Shown in pieces: positions 19,825-30,371 of a stretch of DNA of 64,000 nucleotides. The stretch lies in assembly GCA_963809595.1 (NCBI GenBank), contig CAWEKG010000002.1:371845-435844 (forward strand), in the 5' to 3' direction. Source of the stretch: an uncultured Chloroflexia bacterium. GTDB taxonomy: Bacteria; Chloroflexota; Limnocylindria; Limnocylindrales; CSP1-4. A program made the position numbers and the translations under genes. Below the pieces are notes generated by a model. The model was given only the letters and a program-made list of their open reading frames with translations, was not told the origin of the DNA and ran no database searches. Within the stretch, counting starts at the first letter, position 1, and each line of letters opens with the position of its first letter.

Positions 19825-20538
19825 ATGACCCTCGCCGCCCCGTCCTTCGTCGGTTTCAGGCCAGAGGCGATCCAGTTCCTGGCCGACCTTGGCCAGAACA
19901 ACGACCGGGCCTGGTTCCAGCCGCGCAAGGCCGACTACGAGCGCTTGCTCAAGGAGCCGCTCGAGGCGCTCTGCCTCGCCCTGGGCGAGCGCTTCACGGC
20001 CCGCGAGATCCCCCTCCAGGCCGACCCGAAGCGCTCACCCTTTCGGATCTACCGGGACACCCGGTTCAGCCGGGACAAGTCGCCGTACAAGACGAATCTC
20101 GGGGCGAGCTTCCCGTGGATCGAAGCGACCCCGGGGACGGCCGGGCAGGTCGACGAGCACGTCCACGGCAACGGCGGCTACTTCAACTTCCAGCCCGGCG
20201 AGATGTACGCGGGCGGCGGGATGTGGATGGCCGAGAAGCCGCGGCTCGACGCGCTCCGCCGGACGATCGTCGAGAACCCCGACCTCGTCCGCGGTGCGAT
20301 CGACGACCCGGGGTTCGTCGCCTGGTTCGGCGGCGTGCACACCCACGAGGCGTTCAAGCGGATCCCGCCCGGCTATCCGGCCGACCACCCGATGGCCGAG
20401 ATGTTCCGCTGGAAGGACGTCATCTTCGGACGCCGGCTGTCTGACGCCGACGTCTGCTCGCCGGACCTGCCGGACCTGCTCGCCGACGGGTTTGCGGCGG
20501 CCCTGCCGGTCTTCCGCTTCCTGGCGACCCTGCGCTGA
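19825..20538 (+). CDS. DUF2461 family protein
   Basis: NNDRAWF and FRIYRDTRFSRDKSPYKT. Confidence 0.92.
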   Translation: MTLAAPSFVGFRPEAIQFLADLGQNNDRAWFQPRKADYERLLKEPLEALCLALGERFTAREIPLQADPKRSPFRIYRDTRFSRDKSPYKTNLGASFPWIEATPGTAGQVDEHVHGNGGYFNFQPGEMYAGGGMWMAEKPRLDALRRTIVENPDLVRGAIDDPGFVAWFGGVHTHEAFKRIPPGYPADHPMAEMFRWKDVIFGRRLSDADVCSPDLPDLLADGFAAALPVFRFLATLR

Positions 20539-20553
20539 CGGGCCCCCGCGACG

Positions 20554-20889
20554 TCAGCCCAGCGTGGCGAGGGTGAACGCGATCGCGATCGTCTCGAGGG
20601 CGATGATCGACACGATGACCGGCCTGGCGATGTCCGAGCGCAGGGCGACCTGGTCACCCGTGGAGGCCGAGGTGGCCCACGTCCAGGCCCCGATCGCCAC
20701 CAGCCAGCCGAGCCCGCACCACGTCGCCAGCGTCCAGAGGGTCGTGGCTGCATGCGATGGCTGGACCAGGGCATACCAGCCGAGCGCCGCCCAACCCAAC
20801 GCGAGACCGACCAGGGCGACTCGAACGACCAGCCGTCTGCGAGCGGATCTGCGGTCCGAGATCATCGCCCGCTCATCGTCCGCGACCAC
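20554..20889 (-). CDS. Hypothetical 3-TM membrane protein
   Basis: Three hydrophobic segments; fills the intergenic gap. Confidence 0.55.
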   Translation of the reverse strand: MVADDERAMISDRRSARRRLVVRVALVGLALGWAALGWYALVQPSHAATTLWTLATWCGLGWLVAIGAWTWATSASTGDQVALRSDIARPVIVSIIALETIAIAFTLATLG

Positions 20890-20984
20890 CTTCGCCCGTC
20901 AAGGGCCCATCCGGCCCGTTCTCGCGGACCGGGTGACGTGACGGGTCCCAAGGGCCCGACGTCGCAGGTGGCACAATGGCTGGG

Positions 20985-22955
20985 ATGAGCGAGGTCACGT
21001 CCCCGATCTCGGCAGCCCCGGAGCCCGTCCAGGCGGGCCGCGAGGCGCTGGCCCGGCACGACTGGCAGGAGGCGTTCGACCACCTCTCCCGGGCCGACCG
21101 CGAGGGGACGCTGGCGGGCGACGACCTCGAGGCGCTGGCGCTGGCGGCGTTCTTCACCGCCCAGGCGGACCTCCAGCTGGCGATCAAAGAACGAGCCTTC
21201 AAGGCTCACGAGGCCGCCGGTGACCACCTGCGGGCCGCCTACCTCGCCGTGGATATCGCCCGGAACTATGGGTTCGGGGGCAAGCATTCCATCGCCGCGG
21301 CCTGGACGCGCCGCGCCGAGCGCCTCGTCGCGCCCCAGGGCGATACCTACGTGCACGGCTACCTGGCCCTGGTCCGGAGCGAAGCGGTGGCCGCGGCGGG
21401 TGACATCGAGGCGGCCCTCGCGCTCGCCGAGCAGGCGGTCGCGATCGGTGAAGAGGCGGCCGACGCCGACCTGCGGGCCTACACCCTCTCCAACCTCGGC
21501 GGATTGAAGATCGCCACCGGCGAGACCTCCGACGGGTTCGCGCTGCTGGAGGAGGCCTCGTTCGCCGCGGTCAACGGCGAGCTTTCACCGTTCACGACCG
21601 GGGTCACCGCCTGCCGGATGATCGGCGCCTGCCGCGACCTGACCGACTACCGTCGGGCGAGCGAATGGATCGAGGCGACCGAGAAGTACTGCGACCGACA
21701 GTCCCTCTCCGGGTTCCCCGGGGTCTGCCGGATCCACCGCGCCGAGGTCACGGCGGTCGGCGGTGGCTGGGAGCAGGCTGAGCGCGAGCTCGAGCGGGCC
21801 ACCACCGAGCTCGCCGCCTACAACGCCGTGCCGCCCCAGGCCGACGGGTTCTATGCGATCGGCGACATCCGCCGGCTCAAGGGCGACTTCGCCGGCGCCG
21901 AGGTGGCCCTCCGCGAGGCCCATGCTCGGGGTCGGTCGCCCCAGCCCGCGCTCGCGCTCGTGCGACTGGCCGAGGGCAAGATCAAGGCCGCCGCTACCGC
22001 GATCGACGCCGCCGTCGCCGAGGAGACCTGGGATCGCTGGGCCCGTGCCCGGCTTCTCCCGGCCCAGGTCGAGATCGCCATCGCCGCCGGTGAGGTGGCT
22101 CGGGCGCGGACCGCCGTCGACACCCTCGGCTCGATCGTCGCCGGGTATCCATCGCCCGCGCTCGAGGCGAGCCGCCAGGTCGCCCTCGGCCGGGTGCTCC
22201 TCGCCGAGGGTGATGCCCCGGGAGCCGCCAGGGAGCTCCGTGCCGCGATCAGAGGCTGGCGCGAGGTCGGGGCGCCGTACGAGGTGGCTCGAGCCAGGGC
22301 GGTGCTGTCCCGGGCGCTGCGTGCGGTCCAGGACGAGGATGACGCCGATCTCGAGCTCCAGGCTGCCCTCGACGAGTTCCGCCGGCTCGGCGCCCGGATC
22401 GATGTCGAGACCGCGGAGCGCGAGCTCCGGGAAGCGGAGGATCGCCTGGCGGGTCCCCGGACGGCCCGCAAGACATTCATGTTCACCGACATCGTGGGCT
22501 CCACGAACCTCGCCGAGGCGCTCGGGGATGAGGCCTGGGAACGGCTCCTGCGCTGGCACGACGAGGTCCTCCGCGGCCTCGTCGCAGGCGGGGGAGGGGA
22601 GATCGTCAACTCGACCGGGGACGGCTTCTTCGCCGCCTTCGAGTCGGCCCGAGCGGGGGTCGACTGCGCGATCTCGATCCAGCGTGCCCTCCGCGACCAC
22701 CGCGCCGGCACCGGCTTCGCCCCGTCGGTGCGGATCGGACTCCACACCGCCGAAGGGACTCGCCGGGGGACCGACTTCAGCGGCAAGGGCGTCCACGTCG
22801 CGGCCCGGGTCGCCGCGCTGGCCGGGGGCGGCGAGATCCTGGCCACGGCCGAGACGCTGGCCGAGGCCGGCAAGGTCTCGACGTCGGACGCGCGCTCGGC
22901 CCCGGTCAAGGGCGTCAGCGCACCGGTCAGCCTCGCCGCGATCGACTGGGAGTAG
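20985..22955 (+). CDS. TPR-helical protein with C-terminal class III adenylate/guanylate cyclase
   Basis: FMFTDIVGST, TGDGFFAAF, VRIGLH, VHVAARV. Confidence 0.9.
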   Translation: MSEVTSPISAAPEPVQAGREALARHDWQEAFDHLSRADREGTLAGDDLEALALAAFFTAQADLQLAIKERAFKAHEAAGDHLRAAYLAVDIARNYGFGGKHSIAAAWTRRAERLVAPQGDTYVHGYLALVRSEAVAAAGDIEAALALAEQAVAIGEEAADADLRAYTLSNLGGLKIATGETSDGFALLEEASFAAVNGELSPFTTGVTACRMIGACRDLTDYRRASEWIEATEKYCDRQSLSGFPGVCRIHRAEVTAVGGGWEQAERELERATTELAAYNAVPPQADGFYAIGDIRRLKGDFAGAEVALREAHARGRSPQPALALVRLAEGKIKAAATAIDAAVAEETWDRWARARLLPAQVEIAIAAGEVARARTAVDTLGSIVAGYPSPALEASRQVALGRVLLAEGDAPGAARELRAAIRGWREVGAPYEVARARAVLSRALRAVQDEDDADLELQAALDEFRRLGARIDVETAERELREAEDRLAGPRTARKTFMFTDIVGSTNLAEALGDEAWERLLRWHDEVLRGLVAGGGGEIVNSTGDGFFAAFESARAGVDCAISIQRALRDHRAGTGFAPSVRIGLHTAEGTRRGTDFSGKGVHVAARVAALAGGGEILATAETLAEAGKVSTSDARSAPVKGVSAPVSLAAIDWE

Positions 22956-22966
22956 CCGAAGGCGGG

Positions 22967-23617
22967 ATGAGGGTGCAGCACGACCCACCGTCGCTTCCGG
23001 GTCGGATCGCCGGTATCGACGTCCCGCAGGACGACGCCTCGGCCGCCACCTGGCGCTGGGCCCATCGGTCGCTGCCCGATTACCTGTTCAGCCATTCGGT
23101 TCGAACGTACTGCTGGGGCGCCGCGATCGCGGCGAGGCAGGGATGGACGTTCGACCGGCGCCTGTTCTGGACGGCGTCGCTCATGCACGACGTCGGCTTG
23201 ACCCGGATCCCGCGGAACACGAGCTGCTTCGAGGTCGCCGGTGCGGAGACCGCCCGTCGCTTCCTGCGACGCAACGGCCTCAGCGCCCCCGAAGCCGACC
23301 AGGTGGCCCTCGCGATCGTCCTCCATATGCAACCGTCGGTGGCCCTCGCGGATGGCCTGGAATCGGTGCTGCTCGACCGGGCGACGTCACTCGACGTCCG
23401 AGGCGAGGGATATCCGCTCGTCGAGGCGGTCAGGACCGAGGTCGTCCGCGGGTTCCCGAGACGCGCCTTCGATCGTCGGTTCCTCGACGCCATCGCCCGG
23501 GAGGCCGCGATCCGGCCGACCTGCCAGAGTGCCTGGCTCCTCAACGACACGGGTCTCGCCGGCTCGATGGCTCGATCCCCGTGGGCGGCGGATCGGCGGG
23601 CCGACGTTGGCAGCTGA
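22967..23617 (+). CDS. HD-domain protein (cyanamide hydratase-like)
   Basis: HSVRTY, LMHDVGL, FEVAGA, AIVLH. Confidence 0.85.
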   Translation: MRVQHDPPSLPGRIAGIDVPQDDASAATWRWAHRSLPDYLFSHSVRTYCWGAAIAARQGWTFDRRLFWTASLMHDVGLTRIPRNTSCFEVAGAETARRFLRRNGLSAPEADQVALAIVLHMQPSVALADGLESVLLDRATSLDVRGEGYPLVEAVRTEVVRGFPRRAFDRRFLDAIAREAAIRPTCQSAWLLNDTGLAGSMARSPWAADRRADVGS

Positions 23618-24587
23618 CCGCGGTCGAGCCGACCGCTACCCGCCGATCGAGCCGTACCAGACCGGCATGCTCGAAGTCGGGGACGGTCAATCGACATACT
23701 GGGAGGTTTCGGGCAACCCCGACGGCAAGCCGGCGGTCGCCCTCCATGGCGGACCCGGCGGGGGATCCAGCCCCGGCTGGCGGCGCTGGTTCGATCCGGA
23801 CCGCTACCGGCTCGTCCAGTTCGACCAGCGCGGCTGCGGCCGGAGCACGCCGCAGGCCGGTGACTTCTCGACCGACCTCTCCACGAACACGACCCACCAC
23901 CTGATCGCGGACCTCGAGCGCCTGCGTACGCATCTCGGGATCGAGCGCTGGCTGGTCTGGGGCGGGTCGTGGGGCGTGACGCTCGGCCTTGCCTATGCCG
24001 AACGGTTCCCGGAACGCGTGTCCGAGATGGTTCTTCTCTCGATCACGATGACCCGTCGGTCGGACGTTCGCTGGTTCCACATCGACGTCGGCCGCTATTT
24101 CCCGGAGGAGTGGGCCCGGTTCCGGGCGGGCGTCCCGGAGTCCGAGCGTGACGGGAACCTCGTGGCGGCCTACGACCGGCTGCTCAACGCCCATGCGGAC
24201 CCGGCGGTCCGGCTCCAGGCCGCCCGCGACTGGGTCGCCTGGGAGGACGCGATCTTGTCCCTCGAGGAGGGGTACGTCGTGCCGAACCCGCGCTGGGCCG
24301 ATGAGCGATACATGGTCGCCTTCGCCCGGCTTGTCACCCACTACTTCTCGCACGCGGCGTGGCTCGAGGAGGACGAGCTCCTGCGCAACGCCGGACGGCT
24401 GGCGGACATCCCGGCCGTGCTGCTCCACGGCCGGCTCGACCTGGCCGGACCCTCCGACGTCGCCTGGCAGCTCGCGCAGGCCTGGCCGGGCTCCGAACTC
24501 CACTTCGTCGCGGGTGGCCACCGCGGCGACACCGAGATGGACCGTCTGCTACTCGAGGCCACTGACCGGTTCGCCAGTCGCCACTGA
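23607..24587 (+). CDS. pip: Proline iminopeptidase
   Basis: LHGGPG, FDQRGCGRSTP, GGSWG, HGRLD. Confidence 0.93.
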   Translation: MAADRGRADRYPPIEPYQTGMLEVGDGQSTYWEVSGNPDGKPAVALHGGPGGGSSPGWRRWFDPDRYRLVQFDQRGCGRSTPQAGDFSTDLSTNTTHHLIADLERLRTHLGIERWLVWGGSWGVTLGLAYAERFPERVSEMVLLSITMTRRSDVRWFHIDVGRYFPEEWARFRAGVPESERDGNLVAAYDRLLNAHADPAVRLQAARDWVAWEDAILSLEEGYVVPNPRWADERYMVAFARLVTHYFSHAAWLEEDELLRNAGRLADIPAVLLHGRLDLAGPSDVAWQLAQAWPGSELHFVAGGHRGDTEMDRLLLEATDRFASRH

Positions 24588-24656
24588 CGACGGGTCTTGC
24601 TCTTACTACCGCAGCGGTCCAATCTGGGCGCCTGCCCGATGACAGGAGGGCGTCCC

Positions 24657-24845
24657 ATGGGTGACATGCAGGAGATGGCGGCGAAGTTCGAGGCGGTCCT
24701 CCGGACCGGTGACTTCGCCGGGATGGCGGACCTGATCCAGGAGTACGGCACCGACGACTTCCCCGAGGAGTACCCGCAGTCCGGGGAGCGCCTGCCGAAG
24801 GCCGCCTCGCTCCGGATGGCCGAGGTCTACCCCGCGGGGGCCTGA
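24657..24845 (+). pseudogene. Truncated SnoaL/NTF2-like fragment
   Basis: Strong SD, EEYPQSGER motif, ends at 62 aa. Confidence 0.45.
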
Positions 24846-24965
24846 CGCCCGCGCGATCGAGGCCACGAGATGAGCCGACGCACGTCGGGCGCGGGCTGAC
24901 CCGACGCGGGGGCTCGAGCCCCTGCAGCCGTGACCGGCCCCGGGTCCCGGAGTTACCGTTGGGTG

Positions 24966-26351
24966 GTGACCGACGAGCTCATCTTCTCCTCCGCGACCCG
25001 GCTGGCCTCGGCGATCGCCGAGCGCCGCGTCTCGTCCCTCGAAGTCGTCGACGCCTGTCTCCGGCGGATCGAGGCGGTCAACCCGCGGATCAACGCCGTC
25101 GTGCGGCTCTCCGACGACGCCCGGGACCGGGCGCGGGCCGCCGATGCCGACCTGGTCCGCGGCCTGCGTCACGGGCCGCTCCACGGGGTCCCGTTCACGC
25201 TCAAGGACTCGTTCGACACCGAGGGCCTCGTCAGCACCGCGGGCACGATCGGCTGGCGCGACCGGGTGCCCGGCCGGGACGCGACGGTCGCGGCTCGTCT
25301 TCGCGCCGCCGGGGCGATCCTCCTCGGCAAGACGAACACGCCGGAGTTCACCTGGTCGGACGAGACCGACAACGACGTCTACGGCCGCACTTCGAACCCG
25401 TACGACCTCGAGCGGACCCCCGGTGGCAGCAGCGGAGGAGCAGCGGCGATCGTGGCCGCTGCCGGGTCGCCCTTCGACATCGGCAGCGACACGGGCGACA
25501 GCATCCGCCAGCCGGCCCACGTCTGCGGCGTCGTCGGCCTCAAGCCGACGAGCGGGCGGGTGCCCCGGACCGGGCACTGGCCCGGCTACCGGGGGCTCTT
25601 CGAGTCGTTCACCCAGCTCGGACCGATCGTCCGACGGGTCGAGGACCTGGCCCTCATCCTGCCGGTCATCGCCGGGCCGGATGGCGAGGACCCTCACATC
25701 GCTCCGGTCCCGCTGCGGGACCCGGCCATGGTGGAGATCCGGGGCCTGCGTGTCATGACCTTCACCGACAACGGGGTGCGGACCCCGACGGCCGAGACCG
25801 TCCTCGCCGTCCGCAGCGCCGCCCGGGCGATGGCCGACCGCGGTGCGCGTGTCGAGGAGCGTCTTCCACCCGATCTCGACGAGGCCTGGCAGGCCTGGAG
25901 CGACCTGATCGACGCCGACGGGTTCGCCTGGCTGCGGCGCCTCATCACGGCGGCCGGCACCCCCGGCATGGGTTCCTATGACACGCGAGGCTGGATCCGC
26001 CCGGGGCCCGCGTTGCCCGGCGACGAGCTCACCGACCTCATCGAGCGGGCCGACGGCATCCGGGCCCGTCTCCTGCGCTGGATGGAGGACGTCGACGTCA
26101 TCGTCTGCCCGGCGATGCCCCAGCCGGCGATCCGCCACGGCGAGAGCACGGCGCTCTGGTTCGGCGACACGTACAGCGACGTCCACAACCTGACCGGCTG
26201 GCCGGCGCTCGTCGTCCGGGGCGGCACCTCAGCGGAGGGGCTGCCGATCGGCGTCCAGCTCGTGGCGCCACCCTGGCGCGAGGATCTCGCCATCGCCGCG
26301 GCCGGCGCGGTCGAGGAGGCTTCGGGAGGCTGGCTGCCCCCGCCACTTTGA
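24966..26351 (+). CDS. Amidase signature family protein
   Basis: GVPFTLKD, GKTNTPEF, PGGSSGG, GSDTGDSIRQPA, GLPIGVQL. Confidence 0.95.
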   Translation: MTDELIFSSATRLASAIAERRVSSLEVVDACLRRIEAVNPRINAVVRLSDDARDRARAADADLVRGLRHGPLHGVPFTLKDSFDTEGLVSTAGTIGWRDRVPGRDATVAARLRAAGAILLGKTNTPEFTWSDETDNDVYGRTSNPYDLERTPGGSSGGAAAIVAAAGSPFDIGSDTGDSIRQPAHVCGVVGLKPTSGRVPRTGHWPGYRGLFESFTQLGPIVRRVEDLALILPVIAGPDGEDPHIAPVPLRDPAMVEIRGLRVMTFTDNGVRTPTAETVLAVRSAARAMADRGARVEERLPPDLDEAWQAWSDLIDADGFAWLRRLITAAGTPGMGSYDTRGWIRPGPALPGDELTDLIERADGIRARLLRWMEDVDVIVCPAMPQPAIRHGESTALWFGDTYSDVHNLTGWPALVVRGGTSAEGLPIGVQLVAPPWREDLAIAAAGAVEEASGGWLPPPL

Positions 26352-26378
26352 GCCTCCGCGTGACGTCTGCACCGCGCG

Positions 26379-26410
26379 TGTGACACGCATCACGTGTGAC
26401 GTTTGTCACA
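26379..26410. promoter_or_regulatory. Two abutting TGTGA-N6-TCAC(A/G) palindromes (CRP/FNR-like)
   Basis: TGTGA-CACGCA-TCACG (26379-26394) and TGTGA-CGTTTG-TCACA (26395-26410). Confidence 0.65.
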
Positions 26411-26552
26411 CAGTCTCGTTGCCATCGGCCTCTGGGCACCGGCCCCAGTGTCGGGGTCCACTTGATGGGATCCTGGAGATCGAGCCAGGGACGCCCTGCG
26501 CCTGCGAGGTGGCTCGTCCGCGGGTCCGCAGCCCCACACGGAGGGCAGCGAG

Positions 26553-27464
26553 ATGTCCGTCATCGAGACCGACCGGCTCACCAAGTCCTACGGACCCCAC
26601 CGGGGGATCGTCGATGTCGACCTCTCCGTCAGCCAGGGCGAGGTCTACGGCTTCCTCGGGCCGAACGGCGCCGGGAAGACGACGACCATCCGGCTGCTCC
26701 TCGACCTCATCCGTCCCACCTCGGGACGTGCCCGGGTGTTCGGGATCGAGACGACCGCGAATCCGGTCGCGATCCATCGAAGAATCGGCTACCTGCCGGG
26801 TGAGTTCGCCCTCTTCGACCGGCTTACGGGCGGCCAGACGATCGAGTACTTCGCGAACCTTCGCGGCGGGGTCGACCGTCTCTACGCGGCCGACCTGGTC
26901 GCCCGGTTCGACCTCGATCCGTCCCGTCGCTTCAAGGAGTACTCGAAGGGGAACAAGCAGAAGGTCGGCCTGGTGATCGCGCTCCAGCATCGACCCGACC
27001 TGCTCATCCTCGACGAGCCGACCTCCGGTCTCGACCCCCTCGTCCAGCAGACATTCTTCGCCCTCCTCCGGGACACGGTCGCGGAGGGTCGGACCGCGTT
27101 CCTCTCGTCGCACATCCTGGGCGAGGTCGAGAGGACCTGCGACCGGGTCGCGATCATCCGCGAGGGACGGATCGTGGCCGTCGACCGGGTCGAGGCGTTC
27201 CGCGCCCGGGCATATCACCAGGTCGAACTCCGGTTCAGCTCGTCGGTCGCGGCCTCGTCGTTCGCCCGGCTGCCGGGCGTCAGCGATGTCGAGGCGATCG
27301 ACGGCGGGCTGCGGATGCGCGTGACGGGGTCGATGGCGCCCGTCATCGAGGCAGCCGCAGGGCGCGGATTGATCGATTTCGAGACCCGGGAGCCGAGCCT
27401 GGAGCAGACCTTCCTGGCCCAGTACGGTCGTGACGCCGTCGAGGTGACCGACCATGACCGTTGA
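26553..27464 (+). CDS. ABC-2 exporter ATP-binding protein
   Basis: [29 protein letters not shown]. Confidence 0.95.
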   Translation: MSVIETDRLTKSYGPHRGIVDVDLSVSQGEVYGFLGPNGAGKTTTIRLLLDLIRPTSGRARVFGIETTANPVAIHRRIGYLPGEFALFDRLTGGQTIEYFANLRGGVDRLYAADLVARFDLDPSRRFKEYSKGNKQKVGLVIALQHRPDLLILDEPTSGLDPLVQQTFFALLRDTVAEGRTAFLSSHILGEVERTCDRVAIIREGRIVAVDRVEAFRARAYHQVELRFSSSVAASSFARLPGVSDVEAIDGGLRMRVTGSMAPVIEAAAGRGLIDFETREPSLEQTFLAQYGRDAVEVTDHDR

Positions 27465-29142
27465 CATCCGGGGCGGGCCGATCCTGGCATCCGCCTCCGG
27501 CCTCCCTGTCGGAACCCGGTTCTTCGGCCTGGGAAGCGTCTTCGGCAAGACGGTCCGCGACTCGCGCATCGGGGTGCTGGTCATCACGGCCCTTCTGGGC
27601 GCGATCATCGTCGTCGGCGGGGCGACGATGGCCTCGACCTACGGGACGCCCGAGACCCGGCTCGAGCTTGCGACGCTGTCCGGGACCATGCCACCCCTCC
27701 TGAGGGGGCTGTACGGGAACCCGGTCAACGTCGACACCCTGGGTGGGTTCCTTTCGTGGCACTACGGCGCCTATTTCGCCCTCCTGGCAGGCCTCTGGTC
27801 GATCATCGCGCTGTCCGGCACATTGGCCGGCGAGGCGCGCCGAGGCAGCCTCGACTTCACGCTCGCCGCGCCCCATGCGCGGCGGACGATCGCCCTGGAG
27901 AAGGTCGCTGGGCACGTCGTTGCGCTCGGCATCGCCATGGCGATCCTGGCGCTGATCATCTGGGCGACCGGCGCGGCCTTCGCGAAGCTGGAGGGCGATG
28001 CGATCGCGCCCGGCGCGGCGCTCGCGTTCGCGGTCGGCACCGGGCTGAAGGCGCTCATCGCCGGCTCGATGGCCTTCGCATTGGCTCCGCTGTTCGGTCG
28101 CGGGACGGCCGCCGGCCTCGCCGGTGCGCTCATGCTCGGCGGATACGTCGTCAACAGCTACCGGGCCTTCGTCCCGGCCTTCGACTCCGCTGCCGGTCTC
28201 ACCTGGTTCTCGTGGAGTTCCGGCCACATCCCGCTCGCCGGGCCGTCCGACTGGGCAGCCGTCGCCCTCGTCGCGGTGACGGGTGCAGTCCTCCTGGCGT
28301 TCGGTACGGAGGCGTTCGCCCGGCGGGATGTCGGGGTGACGATCGCGGTCCCCACACCCCGGCTTCCCGGGGCGCTGCTCGGCGTCCGTGGGCCGCTCGG
28401 TCGCTCGTTCGGGGATCTCCTGCCGACCGCCCTCTCCTGGGGGATCGGCCTGGGCCTGTACGGCGTCGTGATGGCGGCGTCCTCCCGTTCGGTCACCGAC
28501 GCCCTTGCGGCCTCCGGCCTTGCCGAAACGGTCCGGGGGCTGATCCCCGGGGTCGACATCACGACCTCTGCGGGGTTCCTGCAGCTGGCCTTCGCCGAGA
28601 TGGGATTCGTCCTGATCGGACTCGCGGCCACCACCCTGGTGGCAAGCCGCTCGTCGGACGAGACCGCAGGCCGGCTGGAGCTCCAGCTTGCGACCCCGCT
28701 CACGCGCGTCCGCTGGGCCGTCACCAGTGCGGTCGCTGTCCTCCTGGCGCTCCTCGTCATCACCGGGCTGCTGGGCGGCGCCATCGCGGTCGGGGTCGCG
28801 GCGGGCGGCGAAGACCCGGTCCGGCCGGCCCTCGGGACCCTGGTGCTCGCCCTGTACGGTGCCGCACTCGCCGGGATCGGCGTCGCCGTCGCGGGTATCA
28901 CCCGCGCCGGGTTCGCGATGCCGGTCGTCCTGGCCGTCGCGATCGGCACCTTCCTCATCGACCTCCTTGCGCCGGCACTTCGTCTGCCCGACTGGGTCGG
29001 ACAGCTCGCGCTGACGTCCCACCTGGGTGAGCCGATGGTCGGTACCTGGGATGGAGCCGGGGTCGTCGTCTGCCTGGCGCTCGCGATCGGCGGGATCCTC
29101 GTCGGCGCCATGGGGATGGGACGCCGGGACGTGGACGCCTGA
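27454..29142 (+). CDS. ABC-2 exporter permease (duplicated 6-TM halves)
   Basis: About 12 TM helices; EARRGSLD and DETAGRLE repeats; RRD ends. Confidence 0.9.
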   Translation: MTVDIRGGPILASASGLPVGTRFFGLGSVFGKTVRDSRIGVLVITALLGAIIVVGGATMASTYGTPETRLELATLSGTMPPLLRGLYGNPVNVDTLGGFLSWHYGAYFALLAGLWSIIALSGTLAGEARRGSLDFTLAAPHARRTIALEKVAGHVVALGIAMAILALIIWATGAAFAKLEGDAIAPGAALAFAVGTGLKALIAGSMAFALAPLFGRGTAAGLAGALMLGGYVVNSYRAFVPAFDSAAGLTWFSWSSGHIPLAGPSDWAAVALVAVTGAVLLAFGTEAFARRDVGVTIAVPTPRLPGALLGVRGPLGRSFGDLLPTALSWGIGLGLYGVVMAASSRSVTDALAASGLAETVRGLIPGVDITTSAGFLQLAFAEMGFVLIGLAATTLVASRSSDETAGRLELQLATPLTRVRWAVTSAVAVLLALLVITGLLGGAIAVGVAAGGEDPVRPALGTLVLALYGAALAGIGVAVAGITRAGFAMPVVLAVAIGTFLIDLLAPALRLPDWVGQLALTSHLGEPMVGTWDGAGVVVCLALAIGGILVGAMGMGRRDVDA

Positions 29143-29157
29143 ACGGAGGGACACCTC

Positions 29158-29741
29158 ATGGAGGATCGACCTGACGGAGCGCGCCGCTGGCTGCTCTTGA
29201 TCTACCGGATCAAGGCCGAGTCATCCGGACGTCGGACCTATGTCTGGAGGCAGCTCCGCCAGCTCGGTGCCGTCTACCTTCAGCAGGCGGCCGCCGTCCT
29301 CCCCGATCGGCCCGAGCTCCGATCGGAGCTCGACCGACTCGGTCAGCGCATCCGGAGCAGCGGGGAGAGGCGTCTCTACTCGAGACGACTTCGCCGAACG
29401 GGGCCTGGGAGGATGAGCTGATCGCCCGCTTCAACGAAGCCCGGGATGCGGAGTACGAGGAGATCCTCGACAGCGTCGACGGCTTCGAGGACGAGATCCG
29501 CCGGGAGACGCGGAAGAAGCGGTTCCGCTTCGCGGAGCTGGAAGAGGGCGAAGCAGACTGGGACAAGCTCCAGCGCTGGTTCGCCCGCGTCACCGAGCGC
29601 GACCTCTTCGGGGCGCCCGGGCGGGCCAGGGCCGAGGAGGCGCTCGCCCGGGGACGCGGGACGCTGGACGGCTTCACCGCCGAGGTATATCGGCTCGAGG
29701 GCCTCGGGCCCGACGCGGCCGTCGGTCGAACCGAACTCTGA
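29158..29741 (+). CDS. ChrB N-terminal-like regulator, frameshifted near 29360
   Basis: WLLLIYRI...RRTYVWRQLRQLGAVYLQ, then FNEARDAEYEE...FAELEEGE...RDLFGA in the next frame. Confidence 0.75.
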
Positions 29742-29764
29742 TCGCGATCGCCATCCGCCCGGGC

Positions 29765-30343
29765 TCAGCTTCGGGCGCGCTCGTTCCGAGCGGCCGCCTG
29801 GGCGACTTCGGCGATCCGCGCGGCACGGGTCTCCGGCCGCACGGCGATCGCGACCCAGCCGAGCAGCATCTTGCGTGCCGAGGGCGGGAACGCCGCGAAG
29901 TTGACCGCTGCCGGCGGGTGACGCTCGAGCGCCGTCGCGAGGTCCCTCGGGACCTCCAGTCGCTCGACGGAGTCGAGGATCTCCCACGATCCGTTCGCCT
30001 TTGCCCGCTCGATGGCGGCGAGACCGGCCGGCGCCATCCGCCCGTCGCGGATCAGCCGCTCGACCCGCGCCTTGTTGGACGCGGCCCAGACGCTCCGAGG
30101 CTTGCGCGGCGCGAAGTAGAGCTTGCCCCGCTCGTCGTCCAGGCGACCCCCGGTGCTGTCCACCCAGCCGAAGCAGAGGGCCTCACCGATGGCCGCCTCG
30201 TAGTCCAGGCCGATCCGACCCGACCGCGGCCGCCAGGTCACCAGCCAGACCCCGCGGGCGCTGGCGTGGTTCGCCTCCAGCCACGCCCGCCAGGTGGCGC
30301 GATCGTCGGCCTGAACCTGCGGCGCATCGTCGAGAGCGGACAC
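29765..30343 (-). CDS. YdeI/OmpD-associated family protein
   Basis: WRAWLEANH, EALCFGWVDS, PRKPRSVW, KANGSW, ETRAARI. Confidence 0.92.
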   Translation of the reverse strand: MSALDDAPQVQADDRATWRAWLEANHASARGVWLVTWRPRSGRIGLDYEAAIGEALCFGWVDSTGGRLDDERGKLYFAPRKPRSVWAASNKARVERLIRDGRMAPAGLAAIERAKANGSWEILDSVERLEVPRDLATALERHPPAAVNFAAFPPSARKMLLGWVAIAVRPETRAARIAEVAQAAARNERARS

Positions 30344-30371
30344 CGCCGGAGTCTAGCCTCCGGCTACCCCC

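Noticed and set aside
20960-20972. CGTCGCAGGTG match to the sRNA hairpin arm upstream of the cyclase gene
   Set aside because: Short match in high-GC DNA, lacks the pairing arm and lies upstream of the likely TSS; probably chance
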